A DNA stretch of 53,312 nt, taken from Candidatus Altiarchaeales archaeon. GTDB lineage: Archaea; Altiarchaeota; Altiarchaeia; IMC4; QMZM01. A program made the position numbers and the translations under genes. The notes beneath the pieces were generated by a model. The model saw only the letters and a list, made by a program, of their open reading frames with translations, did not search any database and was not told the DNA's origin. Of this stretch, positions 51,250 through 53,312 are shown in pieces; positions within the stretch are counted from its first letter, which is position 1, and each line of letters begins with the position of its first letter. Location: assembly GCA_963749405.1 (NCBI GenBank), contig CAVVMY010000002.1, forward strand, positions 1-53,312, written 5' to 3'.

Positions 51250-51966
51250 TTACTTAGAACCGCCTGTTTCCTTCAACACGCCCTGATAAATATCCCTGAG
51301 CAGGGCTCCCGAATGCAGAGCAGAACCCACCAGCACGCTCCGTATCCCAACCTCATAAAGCATCTGTATATCCCTTATATTCCTAACCCCGCCACCATAC
51401 AACAACACCTTATCAGAAAGCTCCTTAACAACCCGCATACACAACTCAACATTCGGCCCCTTCGCCGCACCCACCCTCGCCAAATCAATCACAAGCACTT
51501 CATTAATCCTCCTGCTATCCTTTATGATCCTAATAAAATCTTCCAAGGACAGGTTCATAGCGGACTGAAATTCTCCCTCCCGCATATCCAAACTCAGCAC
51601 GAAATCCTTGGGCAACTCCAACACATTCAAGGAGGTAAAAGTCTCAGTCGCTATGACAGGCTTAATCCGAGGCAGATTCAAAACATCCTCAAGAGACCAA
51701 AGACCTATGTCAGCCATGACCGAAAGCCCAGTACCCTCAGAAATGCGCTTCAACAGGTCATAGTTAGGCTTAGAATACAGAATACCGTCAAGGTCAGCTA
51801 TATACACATCAGTAAAACCCATCAACTCATAAACCTGCGAAAGCCTGAACGGATCATTGGAATCAAAAATCTTGCTGGACAATTCCCTATATTCATTCCT
51901 TCTGCCGAGAGCGGCTTCTATAGCAATTCCGTCTTTTATGTCAATTATGGGTATAATCTTCATCAT
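51250..51966 (-). CDS. HisA/HisF-related TIM-barrel protein (type associated with C1-transfer cofactor biosynthesis)
   Basis: IIPIIDIKDG..A..GRRNEYR, YIADLDGI, IATET, DLARVG, GGGVRN, LVGSALHSG. Confidence 0.8.
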   Translation of the reverse strand: MMKIIPIIDIKDGIAIEAALGRRNEYRELSSKIFDSNDPFRLSQVYELMGFTDVYIADLDGILYSKPNYDLLKRISEGTGLSVMADIGLWSLEDVLNLPRIKPVIATETFTSLNVLELPKDFVLSLDMREGEFQSAMNLSLEDFIRIIKDSRRINEVLVIDLARVGAAKGPNVELCMRVVKELSDKVLLYGGGVRNIRDIQMLYEVGIRSVLVGSALHSGALLRDIYQGVLKETGGSK

Positions 51967-52108
51967 CTTCGAGAGTTCTATAAAAAATATATTTAAATAC
52001 AGACAATAATAATTAAATCAATACGGAATTATATCAATAAGGAGATTATAGAAAAATCGGAACTATTTAACCAATAACCAATCCTTGATTTTAAGAGGTA
52101 ACGAAAAA

Positions 52109-52583
52109 ATGAAGATTGACAAACTTGATCTGGAAATAATTAAACATCTGCAAGACGATGCGCGTTTGAGCTTCAGGAAACTTGGAAAGACGCTTGGCAT
52201 CCCGCATACGACGGTTTTTACAAGAGCTGAACGTCTCGTGGAAAAGGGAGTAATAAGCAAGTTCTCGGCAGTCCTGCGCCCTCATGAAGCTGGGCCTGCA
52301 GATGGGATATGTGATAATAGACGCACCCCCCGCGGAATCTAAGAAGATAGCTGCGAAACTGGCATCCTTTGACGAGGTCCAGAACGTGTTTCGGACATTC
52401 GACGGAAAAGTCATATCCAAGGTCGTAGTGCCTAACCGGAAAGCAAACGTAGGATTCGAGGAATTCCTGACAAAGCTTGAGGACTGGAACTTCACCGCAT
52501 ACCCGGTGCACGACGTGGTGAAATACGATAACACCATACCCACCGACACCCTCAAGACCCTGGACATATACTCAGATAAATGA
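52109..52583 (+). CDS. Lrp/AsnC family transcriptional regulator (frameshift near 52287)
   Basis: IDKLDLEIIKHLQDDARLSFRKLG HTH. The effector domain continues in ORF 52284 after removing one base. Confidence 0.88.
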
Positions 52584-52805
52584 TTATTTTTCCTCGTTTT
52601 TTTCTTCTAATCCGTTTTTTCTTCTCAGGCCGCTAAATAATCCTGTTTAAAATTTTTATTAAACAGCCAAATGGAAAACACACGCTTCTGCAGATAGGGG
52701 GGAATGACGCCGCAGAAGGAGGCTACATACTACACAAAACTAGAGATAACAGTAGAAAAACAATAAATCCCAGATCAAACTCTTATTGTGAAGAAACCTT
52801 TATGA

Positions 52806-52970
52806 TCAGCTGCTGTATCTTTCGGGACAGCTCATGTAGGCAGCGGCTATTTTGACTCCTGCTTTCTTGACGTTCTCGTCGGAGAACATTTTTTTGATCA
52901 TATTTTTGCCTTCAGATGTCAGCAGAGGACACTGAGACGCTTTGTGTGTATGTGTTGCCTCAAATAACAC
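52806..52970 (-). CDS. Small hypothetical protein with HxH-x4-CP motif, possibly frameshifted or truncated
   Basis: GTG start after an AGGTGA SD: MLFEATHTHKASQCPLLTSEGKNMIKKMFSDENVKKAGVKIAAAYMSCP... Confidence 0.55.
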   Translation of the reverse strand: MLFEATHTHKASQCPLLTSEGKNMIKKMFSDENVKKAGVKIAAAYMSCPERYSS

Positions 52971-53014
52971 TCAATCACCTCCTTTTTTCCTTGAAAAAGC
53001 AAGATCAGACAGGT

Positions 53015-53312
53015 TTATTCTGATTTTCCTTCGAATTCAACTTTTACAGGAATTGGGTCTTTGAAAATGTACAAGACCGGACAGTTCGCTTCGGTTCTTC
53101 TCCAAGCCGCATCTAACAGTTCCTTCCTTGCTTTAGAGGACGCGTTTACCTTCATAGTTACGCCACTTACAATTGGGGAATCAGGAGATTTTTCGGCTTC
53201 AACAGTAACTTCCACTTTGCTGAGTTCTATGTTGCTTTTTTTGCAAACATCAGCAAAAATTGTTACGCCACAGTCAGCTAAAGCCATCATAGAGAGTTCC
53301 AGCGCTGTTGGA
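53015..53312 (-). CDS. OsmC/Ohr family protein (5' part beyond the window edge)
   Basis: PTALELSMMALADC...TEANCPV two-Cys pattern; the frame is open to the window end. Confidence 0.85.
   Translation of the reverse strand, partial: PTALELSMMALADCGVTIFADVCKKSNIELSKVEVTVEAEKSPDSPIVSGVTMKVNASSKARKELLDAAWRRTEANCPVLYIFKDPIPVKVEFEGKSE

Overview
Chromosomal window from an archaeon. The archaeal ribosomal proteins, A-type ATP synthase, methanogen-type SerRS, Rpp30 and Dph6, together with many bacterial-type genes and Cys-rich surface proteins, suggest Altiarchaeota/DPANN-like affinity (inference). Bases 1-~2049 are a noisy mirror copy of ~2050-4058, most likely a fold-back read artefact. About nine genes carry frameshifts, nearly all apparent single-base insertions, so the consensus looks imperfectly polished. 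Housekeeping content: uvrC/uvrB, valS, serS, folP, thyX-like, purE, dapB, secFD, rpl7ae-rps28e-rpl24e-ndk-rps19e, and ATP synthase H-C-E-F-A-B-D-K...I. Accessory or unusual items: (1) an IS200-family element splitting a reconstructable 46-aa gene behind a Doc toxin; (2) a pyruvate kinase reduced to its TIM barrel; (3) a divergent ThyX beside folP; (4) back-to-back Xer/dif-like (attC-like) sites and a non-autonomous IS200/IS605-like element flanking a DUF1016 gene; (5) two paralogous Thr-stalk proteins sharing an unrecognised 7-Cys domain; (6) two unannotated Cys-rich micro-proteins; (7) a VirB2-pilin-like protein with defensin-like Cys modules; (8) multi-kb alternating A/C- versus G/T-rich strand domains that ignore gene orientation. 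No CRISPR array, tRNA or rRNA was recognised. All family calls come from motif recognition; no searches were run.
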